From Candidatus Acetothermia bacterium (GTDB lineage Bacteria; Bipolaricaulota; Bipolaricaulia; RBG-16-55-9): DNA of 64,000 bases. Made by a program: the position numbers and the translations under genes. How positions within the stretch are numbered: position 1 is the stretch's first letter; every line of letters begins with the position of its first letter. The stretch is from contig JACQCZ010000017.1 of the NCBI GenBank assembly GCA_016201405.1, positions 89,227-153,226 on the forward strand, in the 5' to 3' direction. The notes beneath the pieces are model-generated. The model was not told the DNA's origin, ran no database searches, and saw only the letters and a list, made by a program, of their open reading frames with translations. Positions 1 through 10,789 of the stretch are shown one piece after another.

Positions 1-2
1 TC

Positions 3-389
3 AAGATCGGAATTCTGATCTGTTTTGATCACATCTTTCCAGAATCGGCGCGCACGCTTGCGCTTCAGGGGGTGCAGATTCTTTGTTACCCTTCCAATCT
101 CGTTCTGCCTACGTATGGGCAGCTTACCACGCGAGTTCGCGCAATTGAGAATCATCTCTTTACGATCTTGGCCAATCGCTGTGGCACCGATGATCGCGGC
201 TCGAAACAATTGAGCTATACGGGCGGCAGCCAGATTGTCGCTCCCGATGGCCTTGTGCTGGCAAGCGCCCCCGAAGAACGCGAACAGCTTAGCGTGGTCG
301 AGATCGATCCGAGCCAAGCTTGTGGCAAGGGAGTCTCATTGCGCAATGATCTCTTTGCAGATCGGCGACCTGATCTCTACAAGCTCTAA
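3..389 (+). CDS. Carbon-nitrogen hydrolase (nitrilase family), C-terminal part; 5' end outside window
   Basis: Frame from nt 3 reads KIGILICFDHIFPESARTLALQG (catalytic Cys motif), then ANRCG, GGSQIVAPDG and a DRRPDLY end. Confidence 0.85.
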   Translation, partial: KIGILICFDHIFPESARTLALQGVQILCYPSNLVLPTYGQLTTRVRAIENHLFTILANRCGTDDRGSKQLSYTGGSQIVAPDGLVLASAPEEREQLSVVEIDPSQACGKGVSLRNDLFADRRPDLYKL

Positions 390-397
390 AGCCGCGC

Positions 398-1609
398 TTA
401 TTTTGTAATCTTGTATACGGCGCCACCAAGATCAACAATGTAGAGCTCGCCCTCTTGATCTTCACCCAATGAGCTGATGTTGAAGCCCAGATCTCGAAGC
501 TGGGTCATTTGCCACTGGCCAGTGCTGTCTTGAACGAGCGACCAGAGATGTCCGGTGCAGTAGTCTGCGAATAGATAATGTCCATCGAGGTCTGGAATCT
601 CTGTGCCGCGATAAACATATCCACCAGTCACGGCGCAATCGCCAGCGGAATGATCATATTCTGCGATGGGCAGGGTCAGGCCAGTCCGGTTGCAGCCAGA
701 CGAGGGATGAAAGCAGTGAGTGCCTTCCATAGTGTTCCAGCCATAGTTGCCACCTGAATCGATCAGATCGATCTCCTCATAATTTCCCTGGCCCACATCG
801 GCCAAGAAGAGGCGTCCGTTGCAGCGGTCAAAGGAATAGCGCCAAGGGTTACGGAGTCCATAGGCGTAGACTTCTTTTCCGGCGACAGTTGTGTTGATAA
901 ACGGGTTGTCAGCAGGGATGGCATAAGGCTTGCCATCAGTGTTGTCCACATCAATGCGCAAGAGTTTTCCCAATAATACAGAGAGATTCTGCCCATTCCC
1001 TTGGGGGTCGCCACCCGATCCGCCATCTCCCATGCCGATGTAAAGATAGCCATCGGGGCCGAACTTGACGAGTCCGCCATTGTGATTGCTAAAGGGCTGG
1101 CGAATGACGAGCAAGACGTGCTCGCTAGCGAGATCGGCCAGGTTCGGATCAGAGCCGACGTGAAACTCGGCAATGATGGTTGCGCCATCTCCGGCTCGCG
1201 TGTAATCCACGAAGAGGCGGCCATTCTGAGCATAGTTAGGATGGAAGGCGACGCTGAGCAGACCTTGCTCACCGCCTCCTCGAGTGCGGTTGCCAAGATT
1301 CAAGAACGGGGCTGCCAGAGGCTTTCCATCTTGCAAGATGCGAATCGTTCCAGTCTGTTCGACGATAAAGAGTCTGCCGGAATTATCTCGTGCGCTTGTC
1401 ACATAGAGCGGGGATGAGAGACCGCTGGCGATCTGGACAAGATTGAAGTCCGGTTTTTGCACGATGGGATTTGGTCCGGTGCAGGGGTCTGCTGTCTGTG
1501 GGTCCGAAGCGTGAACGATGGCATTTGGCATTCCGAAACAGCCCGTTGCAAAGAGAGATGTCATAAGAATGAGAACCAGGCTTCGAAGAGTCGTGCAAAA
1601 ATGATGCAT
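398..1609 (-). CDS. PQQ-dependent glucose/sorbosone dehydrogenase family, probable lipoprotein
   Basis: GEQGLL, NHNGG..FGPDGYLY, YAYGLRNPWR and NYGW motifs; FATGC lipobox; start moved to ATG 1609 behind GAGGTG. Confidence 0.85.
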   Translation of the reverse strand: MHHFCTTLRSLVLILMTSLFATGCFGMPNAIVHASDPQTADPCTGPNPIVQKPDFNLVQIASGLSSPLYVTSARDNSGRLFIVEQTGTIRILQDGKPLAAPFLNLGNRTRGGGEQGLLSVAFHPNYAQNGRLFVDYTRAGDGATIIAEFHVGSDPNLADLASEHVLLVIRQPFSNHNGGLVKFGPDGYLYIGMGDGGSGGDPQGNGQNLSVLLGKLLRIDVDNTDGKPYAIPADNPFINTTVAGKEVYAYGLRNPWRYSFDRCNGRLFLADVGQGNYEEIDLIDSGGNYGWNTMEGTHCFHPSSGCNRTGLTLPIAEYDHSAGDCAVTGGYVYRGTEIPDLDGHYLFADYCTGHLWSLVQDSTGQWQMTQLRDLGFNISSLGEDQEGELYIVDLGGAVYKITK

Positions 1610-1690
1610 TTCCATCACCTCGCTCAAAATTTTAGCATCTTTTAAAAAAATCTGATTGAATTGGCCGCTTGGAGAGAGGAAAATAGAGAT

Positions 1691-3094
1691 GTGCTTGAGA
1701 AGAAGATTGAGCAAACAATCAAAAAATATAAGATGCTTGCTCCTGGAGACCGGGTGCTGATCGCCGTCTCTGGTGGAGTAGATTCTGTTGTGTTGTTTAG
1801 AACTCTCTGCGAATTGGCCAAGGATTGGGATTTCAAATTGGCCGTCGCGCACCTCGATCATCAGATGCGAATGGATTCCCACAAAGACGCAGAGTTTGTG
1901 AGCAAGCTGGCGAAAGAGCTTGGTGTTCCGGTCTTTGTGAAGGCTGTCGATGTACCCCAGTTGATCAAAAAGATGAAGCGTTCCCCGGAAGAAGTCGCAC
2001 GTGAAGCACGCTATGCGTTTCTGAAAGAGGCTGCACGAAAATTCAAGGCTAACCCAATCGCATTAGGACACCATCTCAATGACCGGGTTGAGACCTTTCT
2101 GCTCAATCTGCTGCGCGGCTCCGGGCTGCAAGGGCTGGCAGGGATGCCACCAGTTCGCAGCCAAGCTGCTTTAAGGTTCATTCGGCCTTTGATTGATTGC
2201 ACCCGTGATGAGATTGAAGAGCTGGCTCATTCAGGGAAATGGAAGTACCGAAATGATCCAAGCAATCAAAAGTCAATCTATACCCGCAACCGGGTGAGAC
2301 AAGAGCTTCTTCCAGTCATCATGGGATTCAATCCCAATGCACTAGAGACGATTGCTCGCGCCTCAGAGACTTTGCACAAAGCCAATCGCTTTGTGGATCA
2401 AATCGCGAGTGAGTTTTTAGAAAAAGTCCTTTTATCACAAAATAAAAATGAGATCGCTCTTGATAGAGAGATGCTGCGAAGCCACGATGAGTTCTTGCTA
2501 GAGTCTGTTTTGCGAGAGGCGATTCGCAGGGTGAAAGGCAATGTGCATGGCATCGAATCTGCGCATATAGAGCGTGCACTTCATGAGCTTGACAAGAAAA
2601 GCTCTGGGTCGTGGATTCCGCTAGGCAGTGGTCTCTTCATCGCGTTTGAGTCCAGCAGAATTGTGATCACAACAAGCGAGCCTTCAACAAAGCGCACCAA
2701 GAGTTTCTGCTTTGAGTTAAGTCTGGGGGGGAATCTGGTATCTTCCGCCATTGGCTGGCACTTTGAGGTCGAGGTTCTGGCAGGCAGAAGGACTCGTGTT
2801 GCTGACTGTTGGGAAGCGCTCTTTGATTTCGATAAGATTAAGCACCCCCTGGTGGTGAGGAATCGCCGTCGCGGTGACCGTGTTAGGACGTTAGGCCTTA
2901 AGGGGGAGAAGAAGATTCAAGATATCTTGGTAGATGCCAAAATTCCAAGAGGAAATCGGGATCTGATCCCGATTATCTGTGATTCAGATGGAATCTTATG
3001 GGTCGTTGGATTGCGAATGAGCGAGCGCGCCCGGGTGACCGCCAAGACCCGCAAAATCATGAGAATCCGGGCTATCCCGCGTGAACAGGAGTGA
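1691..3094 (+). CDS. tilS: tRNA(Ile)-lysidine synthase
   Basis: AVSGGVDS PP-loop, EEVAREARY, GHHLNDRVET, RNRVR and C-terminal TilS_C (RNRRRGD...KKIQDIL); GTG start after GAGAGGA. Confidence 0.95.
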   Translation: MLEKKIEQTIKKYKMLAPGDRVLIAVSGGVDSVVLFRTLCELAKDWDFKLAVAHLDHQMRMDSHKDAEFVSKLAKELGVPVFVKAVDVPQLIKKMKRSPEEVAREARYAFLKEAARKFKANPIALGHHLNDRVETFLLNLLRGSGLQGLAGMPPVRSQAALRFIRPLIDCTRDEIEELAHSGKWKYRNDPSNQKSIYTRNRVRQELLPVIMGFNPNALETIARASETLHKANRFVDQIASEFLEKVLLSQNKNEIALDREMLRSHDEFLLESVLREAIRRVKGNVHGIESAHIERALHELDKKSSGSWIPLGSGLFIAFESSRIVITTSEPSTKRTKSFCFELSLGGNLVSSAIGWHFEVEVLAGRRTRVADCWEALFDFDKIKHPLVVRNRRRGDRVRTLGLKGEKKIQDILVDAKIPRGNRDLIPIICDSDGILWVVGLRMSERARVTAKTRKIMRIRAIPREQE

Positions 3095-3106
3095 CAGCCA
3101 CCTGAG

Positions 3107-4717
3107 ATGAATATTTCGCTGGATTCAATCCTCTCATTTTTGACAACCCTTCTCACATTCGGCTTTACGATCAGCTTATTGGTCTTTATTCATGAGGGGG
3201 GCCATTTTCTGGTTGCCAAATGGTCGCGAGTCTGGGTGCATGAGTTTGCTATCGGCTTTGGCCCGGCGATCTGGCGCAAGAAGAAGGGTGAGACTCAATA
3301 TACGTTTCGCCTCCTCCCGCTTGGCGGATTCGTCCGCATGGCTGGAGAAGATGCCCAGACAGAAGAAGATGACCAAGTTCCACAAGAGCGCCTCTTCAAT
3401 ACAAAGCCGCCGCTCTCACGAATTGCGATCATCGTAGCTGGGCCGGTAGCCAACATTATCTTTGCTGTCATCTTGATGATCATTTACATCAGCTCCTTTG
3501 GCGTCCCCTTTGTCGAGGTTGGGGAGGTGAATCCGGGCTCGCACATCGTGGGTGTGCTCCAGAGCGGCGACAAGATCAAGCAACTGAATGGCGAAGACAT
3601 CTATTTTAGCGATCAGATCCAGACGATTGTGCAGAAGGCCAAAGAGAATCCCATTTCTGCCGTGATCGAGCGGGATGGAAAAGATCTCAATGTCACGATC
3701 CAGCCCTATTATGACAAATCCGTAAGTCGCTATGTCATCGGCATATTCTTCAATTTCCCCACTAACAAGATCGCCGTCCTCCCGCAAGATGCCTCATTCG
3801 TCAAACAAGGAATTCTCAAAGAGAATGACGTAATTTTGGCCGTCAATGGCACACCGACCCCAAGCAGCCCAGAAGTGACTGCGGCGATGGATGATGCTCT
3901 GGCCCAAGGGATTCCCATCAAATTGAAGATTCAGCGAGGTCAAGAGGTGTTGCCAGAGGCGCAGATTGACCCAGCCAGCACGAGCAAAGAAGAGATTGAT
4001 AAGATTCAAGGACTATCTCTTGGAATCACGTCCACCTTGCCTGTGGTCGAGAGAGTCGCTAAAGACTCATTCATGTATCAGCAGGGTCTGCGTGCAGGAG
4101 ATGTGCTCGTATCTGCCGATGGCAATCCTGTCGGCACCATCACCAGTCTGCTGCGAGTTGTGCTAACCGCCCAGGCGACTAGTGGCTCTATGACGCTAAT
4201 TCTCAATCGAAGTGGCCAGTCTCAAAGCCTCACCCTTGATGTTTCCGGAAAAGATTTTGTCGATATTCTTTTAGGAATACAGCTCAAATCGGCCCAGAGA
4301 AAGCCTGCAGGGATCTTTGCAAGCATCTTCATCGGCTTCAAGAGGATTCTGGATACGATCAATCTTCTTTATCAAGGCATATTGAACGTCATACGGGGGC
4401 AGGTGAGCGCTGGCGAAGCCTTCCGAGGCCCAGTGGGAATTGCAAACATCCTTGGCGTCAGCATCATGCAGGGCTTTGACCGCTTCTTCCAGCTTGTAGC
4501 CCTGCTCAGCCTTGTGCTTGGAATCTTCAACCTAGTCCCCTTCCCGGCGCTGGATGGCAGCCGCATTCTTTTCATTTTCGTGGAGTTGGTACGAGGCAGA
4601 CCCATTCCACCCGAGAAAGAGGGTTGGGTACATTACATCGGATTTATCTTTCTTATGGGACTCATTCTGATCATCACCTGGCAAGACATTCAGCGATTGT
4701 TCAGAGGCGGTTTATAA
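3107..4717 (+). CDS. rseP: Site-2 membrane zinc metalloprotease RseP with PDZ domains
   Basis: HEGGH, PLGGFVRM, AGPVAN and NLVPFPALDGSR motifs. Confidence 0.93.
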   Translation: MNISLDSILSFLTTLLTFGFTISLLVFIHEGGHFLVAKWSRVWVHEFAIGFGPAIWRKKKGETQYTFRLLPLGGFVRMAGEDAQTEEDDQVPQERLFNTKPPLSRIAIIVAGPVANIIFAVILMIIYISSFGVPFVEVGEVNPGSHIVGVLQSGDKIKQLNGEDIYFSDQIQTIVQKAKENPISAVIERDGKDLNVTIQPYYDKSVSRYVIGIFFNFPTNKIAVLPQDASFVKQGILKENDVILAVNGTPTPSSPEVTAAMDDALAQGIPIKLKIQRGQEVLPEAQIDPASTSKEEIDKIQGLSLGITSTLPVVERVAKDSFMYQQGLRAGDVLVSADGNPVGTITSLLRVVLTAQATSGSMTLILNRSGQSQSLTLDVSGKDFVDILLGIQLKSAQRKPAGIFASIFIGFKRILDTINLLYQGILNVIRGQVSAGEAFRGPVGIANILGVSIMQGFDRFFQLVALLSLVLGIFNLVPFPALDGSRILFIFVELVRGRPIPPEKEGWVHYIGFIFLMGLILIITWQDIQRLFRGGL

Positions 4718-4735
4718 ATTAAGGTTGTGCATGTG

Positions 4736-4781
4736 AATAGAGAGGGCGCTGGCACGCGATGTGCTTTGCGCCCTCTCTATT
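4736..4781. terminator. Hairpin, probable bidirectional terminator
   Basis: 14-bp perfect inverted repeat AATAGAGAGGGCGC / GCGCCCTCTCTATT between convergent genes. Confidence 0.75.
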
Positions 4782-4794
4782 TAATCTACCTGAT

Positions 4795-5367
4795 CTAAAT
4801 TAACTCTTCTGCTCTCCATTGGAGCTTCAATTGCCGGCGGCGCCTGGCTTCTTCGTAACGTTGCTTCTCCTGCTCTGTCGTTGGAACGACCTTTGGAATT
4901 GGAGTTGGCTTGCCCCGCCCATCGAGGGCAACAAAGGTCAAATACCCGCTTAAGGTGTGGTGGCGTTGCCCTGTTTGTGGATCTTCCGATTCGATAGAGA
5001 CTCCAACTTCCATGGATGTCGTGCCTGCATAGTTGACGGCAGCCTTGATGATGACAAAGTCTCCGACATGGATGGGTGCGAGAAAGCTCAAGTGATCGAC
5101 AGAGGCCGTAACGACTGGGCGCCGGGCATGGCGCGTTGCGGCTACTGCGCCTGCCAAATCCATCCATTGCATCACCTTACCGCCAAAGGCCACGCCCATT
5201 GGGTTGGTATCTTCTGGCTGGACCACTTGTATCACTTCTGTCTGAGACTCACTCACCAGCTTGGAATTGAGTCGCTTATCTTCCTCCGTCTTAGACTCGC
5301 GTTCGGCTACTTCAAGTGTCAATGTCGTGCTCCTTGCATATAAATATGGCTTCAGACTCTCAGCCAA
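4795..5367 (-). CDS. Acyl-CoA thioesterase (hotdog fold, YciA-like)
   Basis: PEDTNPMGVAFGGKVMQWMD, VVTASVD and YLTFVALD motifs. Confidence 0.9.
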   Translation of the reverse strand: MAESLKPYLYARSTTLTLEVAERESKTEEDKRLNSKLVSESQTEVIQVVQPEDTNPMGVAFGGKVMQWMDLAGAVAATRHARRPVVTASVDHLSFLAPIHVGDFVIIKAAVNYAGTTSMEVGVSIESEDPQTGQRHHTLSGYLTFVALDGRGKPTPIPKVVPTTEQEKQRYEEARRRRQLKLQWRAEELI

Positions 5368-5718
5368 TGAGCAGAGAGACTTTGATCGATGTTCGATGAG
5401 ACTGAGGCCACTAGCGCCCTAGTGCGCCGACAACTTGTTATGAATTTACAGAGACAGCTTTTGAATTATTGAGCTTATCGCCAACAGGAAGCTTTGTGTC
5501 GCATATGACAGGAGGGTTTATAGGTGGGGAATAGGGAAGGGGTGAGGCTGAAAGAGAATCCTATGCGTTTTGTAAAGACGCTGTCTTGCAAGACTTCAAC
5601 GACAAAAAACTGCTGCACTTGAATCACCCTCCAAATAAATAGTATGCGAATTATACAGTGGGACGGAGACTTCGTCAATGGGAAAGTAGAATGGATTGGA
5701 CGGATTCAGTAGGATTTC

Positions 5719-6647
5719 TTGAAGGATTTTATGCAAAACAACTATGGAAAGAAAATTAATGATGAAAGACGTAAAGCGATTGAGAAATTGCGAGGTTTGG
5801 GTGGCCACTCTGAACCATTGATCTCATACAGTAGTGAGATAAAGGCATTCTTATCGGCAATATCTGAGGACCTTGAAGACACAGAACAAATGATGATTCT
5901 TTTAGAGGCTCATCCAATGTTGCCTTTCGGCAAGGGATACTCTTTTGGCGCTGATCTCTTAGATTTAAGAAGAGCTCTTGTCTATGAATGCATTCTTAGA
6001 ATTTTAGGACATACGCGAAGCTTAATTAGCAATGTCAATATAAGAAATCATATTGGAACTGCCACTTCGGTACGATGCTTATTGGAAATTGTTTTTTTCT
6101 TAAATACGTGCAGGAACAACTCTTAGATGACGAAAAAACCTTAGATAAACTTTTGCATGGAAGAAATTTTCATGGGAAAGGAAATTGGTACGACTTTGAA
6201 CAGGCATGGTTTGAAAAGCACGGAGGACAACTGTCAGATGAAACCAAAGAATTTTTCACTAAACTATTGCAAACACCAAGAACTGAGAAATATCTAAAAC
6301 ACATAACTAAAGAAGATGAGGGTTTTCCATATATTTATTCAGTTTATAGCGAATATATCCATACGGGGTTTGCGCGTCCACGAGACGATCTTCTTTCGGA
6401 TTTAGGGTTTAAAGGAGAATTTGGGACAGTATTTAACATCCCGACCCCTTACTTCACAGAAGGGCAGAAAACACTTGCTCCTGAGATGACATTAAAGCGG
6501 CACATTTCATTGGCAAACTTTTGTCTAGAGTTATCAATTAGATCAATCTTCGAAATCGATCCATTTTTTGATGAAGCTATTCGCGCTGGGTACATTAGAA
6601 CTTTAACAGAACGTGGAAGTGTTCCTCCAGACATTAACATCTCTTAA
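5719..6647 (+). pseudogene. AT-rich hypothetical gene (DUF5677-like) split by a -1 frameshift at a T7 tract
   Basis: ORFs 5719-6126 and 6075-6647 join at GTTTTTTTC (6091-6099) into ...RCLLEIVFFLKYVQE...YSVYSEYIH. Confidence 0.55.
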
Positions 6648-6728
6648 AATCTCAAAACGGAGACTCTCCTCTGGAAGCAGACTGACGTGTACTTGACTCT
6701 ATCCTCATTCTTGAAGACGATTAAGCTT

Positions 6729-7538
6729 ATGAAAATGTCAGACTTCAAGCCAAAGCACTTCCGCTGGGAGATGCGTGAAAATATTGCGGTAATCACACTC
6801 AGCATCCCTGCGAAGAAAAACCCCCTCACGTTTGAATCGTATGCCGAGCTTCGAGATACATTCAGGGATCTGGTCTATGCAGAAGATGTGAATGGTGTTG
6901 TAATTACTGGAGCTGAAGGCAACTTCTGCTCTGGCGGCGATGTCAATGACATCATTGGCCCACTCACCAAAATGGGCATGGATGGTCTACTAAAATTCAC
7001 GCGCATGACTGGAGATCTGGTCAAGGCAATTCGTAATTGCCCGCAGCCAGTCATCGCTGCCATCGATGGTGTCTGCGTCGGAGCCGGAGCGATGGTCGCT
7101 ACCTTTTCGGATATTCGCTTTGCAACTCCTAACACGCGCACGGCCTTCTTATTTGTCAAAGTCGGGCTCTCGGGCTGCGACATGGGAGCCTGCGCTATGC
7201 TGCCACGAATTATCGGCCAAGGACGTGCCGCAGAATTGTTATTCACTGGTCGAACAATGAGTGCCGAAGAAGGCTTTCAGTGGGGATTCTTCAACAAGAT
7301 TTGCCCTTCAGAGAAAGTTTTAGAGGAAGCGGTGGCTTTCATGCAGGAGATCACAAAAGGCCCGAATTTCGCTCACTCGATGACCAAGAATATGCTTAAT
7401 CAAGAATGGAGTATGAGCTTGGATACGGCCATCGAGATGGAGGCTCAGGCGCAAGCCATCTGCATGCAGACCGAAGATTTCAAGCGGGCTTACAACGCAT
7501 TTCTGAAAAAAGAGAAGCCTGTATTTGAGGGCGATTGA
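6729..7538 (+). CDS. Enoyl-CoA hydratase family protein
   Basis: [21 protein letters not shown] and [10 protein letters not shown] motifs. Confidence 0.92.
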   Translation: MKMSDFKPKHFRWEMRENIAVITLSIPAKKNPLTFESYAELRDTFRDLVYAEDVNGVVITGAEGNFCSGGDVNDIIGPLTKMGMDGLLKFTRMTGDLVKAIRNCPQPVIAAIDGVCVGAGAMVATFSDIRFATPNTRTAFLFVKVGLSGCDMGACAMLPRIIGQGRAAELLFTGRTMSAEEGFQWGFFNKICPSEKVLEEAVAFMQEITKGPNFAHSMTKNMLNQEWSMSLDTAIEMEAQAQAICMQTEDFKRAYNAFLKKEKPVFEGD

Positions 7539-7549
7539 TCATAAAAGCC

Positions 7550-8722
7550 ATGAGTGATCTGACCTTTTTAGAGTGGCCTTTTCTAAGTGGAGAGCACAAA
7601 GTGTTGGCTAAGAATTTGCGTTCTTGGGCAGAACGAGAGCTTGCTTCTATTGCGGACGAAGATGTGGATGAGGCTTGCAAAGAACTGGTCAAGAAACTGG
7701 CAAAATCAGGGTGGCTCAGGTTTTGCGTGCCATCTGAATTTGGCGGCGCTCATGAAAAATTGGACGTGCGATCGCTTTGCATCATCCGTGAAACCTTGGC
7801 CTATCACAATGGCTTGGCAGACTTCTCATTTGCGATACAGGGCTTGGGGAGCGGATCAATCTCACTTTTCGGATCAGATGAATTACAGAAAAAATATCTG
7901 CCAGCCGTCTGTTCAGGCAAAAAGATCGCAGCCTTTGCGCTCTCTGAGCCTGACGCAGGCTCAGATGTTGCCGCAATCTCTACGAGTGCCACGCTAGACA
8001 AAAATGACTTTGTGCTCAATGGCACGAAGACCTGGATCTCCAATGGTGGCATTGCCGATTATTACATCGTCTTTGCGCGCACTGAAACGACTCCAGGAGC
8101 CAAGGGTCTATCGGCCTTTGTTGTCGATGCGGACACTGCGGGATTGAAGCTCAAAGAGCGCATTCACGTGATTGCTCCACATCCTTTGGCGACTATAGAA
8201 TTTCATGGCTGTAGGGTGCCAAAATCATGTCTGATCGGACAGCGAGGCGACGGATTTAAGGTCGCAATGGCCACGCTCGATGTCTTTCGAGCTACGGTGG
8301 GGGCGGCGGCATTGGGCTTCGCGCGGCGCGCGCTGGATGAGGCACTCAGTCGCGCTTCCACACGCAAGATATTCGATGGAACTCTGGCCGATCTTCAACT
8401 GACACAAGAAAAGTTGGCCGAGATGGCACTCAATATTGATGCCAGCGCTCTATTAATTTACCGGGCTGCCTGGTGCAAAGATTCCCGTGGCGAGCGCGCC
8501 ACAAAAGAGGTCGCAATGGCCAAGCTTTACGCCACAGAGACGGCGCAAAGCGTCATCGATAAGGCGGTACAAATACTGGGCGGGCTGGGTGTTGTCTCGG
8601 GCAATCCTGTCGAGAAATTGTATCGAGAGATCCGCGCACTTCGAATTTATGAGGGGGCGTCTGAGGTCCAAAAAATTGTCATTGCCCGCCAGCTTCTGGC
8701 AAACTTCTCTAAACCGGGTTGA
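7550..8722 (+). CDS. Acyl-CoA dehydrogenase
   Basis: [29 protein letters not shown] and [11 protein letters not shown] motifs. Confidence 0.95.
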   Translation: MSDLTFLEWPFLSGEHKVLAKNLRSWAERELASIADEDVDEACKELVKKLAKSGWLRFCVPSEFGGAHEKLDVRSLCIIRETLAYHNGLADFSFAIQGLGSGSISLFGSDELQKKYLPAVCSGKKIAAFALSEPDAGSDVAAISTSATLDKNDFVLNGTKTWISNGGIADYYIVFARTETTPGAKGLSAFVVDADTAGLKLKERIHVIAPHPLATIEFHGCRVPKSCLIGQRGDGFKVAMATLDVFRATVGAAALGFARRALDEALSRASTRKIFDGTLADLQLTQEKLAEMALNIDASALLIYRAAWCKDSRGERATKEVAMAKLYATETAQSVIDKAVQILGGLGVVSGNPVEKLYREIRALRIYEGASEVQKIVIARQLLANFSKPG

Positions 8723-8731
8723 AGAGGATTT

Positions 8732-10384
8732 TTGAAAGTGATGGCGTACACAGCGCACAAAGATACGTTCGCCAAAGATAATTTGCCACCGCGCGATCAG
8801 TGGCCGCATTTCAAATTTGATCTGCCTGAGCTCCAGTATCCAGATAAATTGAATTGCGCGGCAAGTCTGCTCGATGCGCGAATTGCAGAAGGACTGGGCG
8901 AAAAGGTCGTCTTTTACACACCCAACGAGGCGTGGAGCTATCAGGATTTGTTAGATAAATCAAATCAGGTTGCGCGTGTGCTGACAGAAGATTTTGGGCT
9001 CGTCCCCGGCAATCGCGTTCTCATCCGCTCGGCTAACAATCCCATGTTTATGGCCTGCTGGTTTGGCATTGCCAAAGCGGGAGGGATTGTGGTGGCCACC
9101 ATGCCTCTGCTCCGCGCCAGAGAGCTCTCTGTTATGCTAGAAAAGGCACAGATCCAGTTTGCTCTCTGTGACGAGCGCCTGGATGAAGAGATGAAGAGAT
9201 CCCAAGGCTCTGCCTTGAAAAGAATCTGCTATTTCAATGGCTCCGGCGCGACAGGATCAGGTGCGGAGCTGGAAGAGCGCATGGCCACAAAGCCCGTTGA
9301 ATTCAAGAATGTTTTGACAGCAAGCGATGACACAGTGCTGATTGCCTTTACATCCGGCACGACTGGAAAGCCCAAAGGGACGATGCACTTTCACCGCGAC
9401 ATCTTGGCCATGTGCGACTCGTATTCTAATAAGATTCTGCAGCCCCATTCTGAAGATGTCTTCATCGGGAGTCCGCCCATTGCCTTCACATTTGGGCTCG
9501 GAGGACTTGTGACATTTCCAATGTGCGCGGGGGCTTCTTCAATTCTTCTTGAGATGGCTTCACCAGAATTGCTGATCAATGCTATTCAGGATTTCAAAAC
9601 TACAATCTGCTTTACGTCCCCCACGGCCTATCGCATGATGTGCGACAAGACAAATGGCATCAATGTCTCAAGCCTGCAGAAGTGCGTCTCGGCAGGAGAG
9701 ACTCTTCCGCTGCCGACATTTGAAGCTTGGAAGCGTGCCACAGGCATCAAGATCATGGACGGCATTGGCTCTACTGAGATGCTTCACATCTTTATTTCTG
9801 CTACTGAGAATGAGATTCGTCCCGGCGCCACCGGAAAGCCTGTGCCAGGATATGAAGCTATGGTGGTCGATGAAAACATGCAACCTTTGCCTGCTGGACA
9901 AGTTGGGCGTCTGGCAGTGCGCGGCCCGACAGGCTGCCGCTATCTTGCCGATGAGCGTCAGCGGGATTATGTGGTGGATGGCTGGAACCTCACCGGTGAT
10001 GCGTACACCATAGACAAAGATGGCTACTTCTGGTTCCAGGCCCGTGCTGATGACATGATCATCTCCAGTGGCTACAACATCTCTGGCCCCGAAGTGGAGG
10101 AGGCCTTGCTGGAGCACAAAGCCGTGAAAGAGTGCGCCGTGGTCGCCTCACCCGATGAGACTCGCGGACATATCGTGAAGGCATTTGTGGTTCTGCGAGA
10201 TGCCACTCAAAAGAGCCAGGAGCTTGGTGAGGAGCTTCAAAGCTATGTAAAGAATTCGATTGCGCCCTACAAATATCCACGCGCGATTGAATTCATTGAT
10301 GCGCTTCCGCGCACCGAGACTGGAAAGATTCAGCGCTTTAAGCTGCGTCAGCTTGAGGAAGAGAAGTTTAAGAATAGATTATGA
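8732..10384 (+). CDS. 2-aminobenzoate/benzoate-CoA ligase family (AbmG-like)
   Basis: FTSGTTGKPKG, SAGETLP, DGIGSTEMLHIF and TETGKIQRF motifs; N-terminal HKDTFAKDNLPP typical of anthranilate-CoA ligases. Confidence 0.85.
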   Translation: MKVMAYTAHKDTFAKDNLPPRDQWPHFKFDLPELQYPDKLNCAASLLDARIAEGLGEKVVFYTPNEAWSYQDLLDKSNQVARVLTEDFGLVPGNRVLIRSANNPMFMACWFGIAKAGGIVVATMPLLRARELSVMLEKAQIQFALCDERLDEEMKRSQGSALKRICYFNGSGATGSGAELEERMATKPVEFKNVLTASDDTVLIAFTSGTTGKPKGTMHFHRDILAMCDSYSNKILQPHSEDVFIGSPPIAFTFGLGGLVTFPMCAGASSILLEMASPELLINAIQDFKTTICFTSPTAYRMMCDKTNGINVSSLQKCVSAGETLPLPTFEAWKRATGIKIMDGIGSTEMLHIFISATENEIRPGATGKPVPGYEAMVVDENMQPLPAGQVGRLAVRGPTGCRYLADERQRDYVVDGWNLTGDAYTIDKDGYFWFQARADDMIISSGYNISGPEVEEALLEHKAVKECAVVASPDETRGHIVKAFVVLRDATQKSQELGEELQSYVKNSIAPYKYPRAIEFIDALPRTETGKIQRFKLRQLEEEKFKNRL

Positions 10385-10773
10385 AAATACTACAGCCGAA
10401 AGAGTGGTTGAGACCCAGCGGTTACTCTAATGGAATTGAAGCAGAAGGCAAAGTTATCTTTGTGGCTGGTCAGGTTGGCTGGAATGCGAAGCAGCAATTT
10501 GAATCGGACGACTTTGTGGATCAAGTGAGGCAGACTCTCAAGAATGTACTGGCTGTGCTCAAGGAATCACGAGCAGGACCTGAGAATATCACGCGCCTGA
10601 CCTGGTTTATTGTTGACAAAAGAGAGTACAAGGCTCGCTCCCGAGAGGTGGGGGAGGTCTATCGAGAGCTGCTTGGAAAACACTTTCCAGCGATGACTCT
10701 GGTTGAAGTCTCCGCCCTATTGGAAGATGGAGCCAAAGTGGAGATTGAAGCCACGGCGGTGCTATCGAAATAA
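10381..10773 (+). CDS. RidA/YjgF family protein
   Basis: PSGYSNG, VAGQVG, FPAMTLVEVSAL and KVEIEATA motifs; ATGA overlap with the ligase stop. Confidence 0.92.
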   Translation: MKILQPKEWLRPSGYSNGIEAEGKVIFVAGQVGWNAKQQFESDDFVDQVRQTLKNVLAVLKESRAGPENITRLTWFIVDKREYKARSREVGEVYRELLGKHFPAMTLVEVSALLEDGAKVEIEATAVLSK

Positions 10774-10789
10774 GTCTTCCATTCTAATA

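Noticed and set aside
1610-1882. N-terminal extension of the sugar dehydrogenase ORF overlapping tilS
   Set aside because: RBS and signal peptide place the start at 1609; the extension is antisense to tilS.
5400-5720. Possible integron attC site before the AT-rich gene
   Set aside because: No convincing complementary RYYYAAC/GTTRRRY pair and no integrase in the window.
5663-6665. 9-bp direct repeat ACGGAGACT flanking the AT-rich gene as a possible TSD
   Set aside because: No TIRs or recombinase nearby; a 9-mer match at this scale could be chance.
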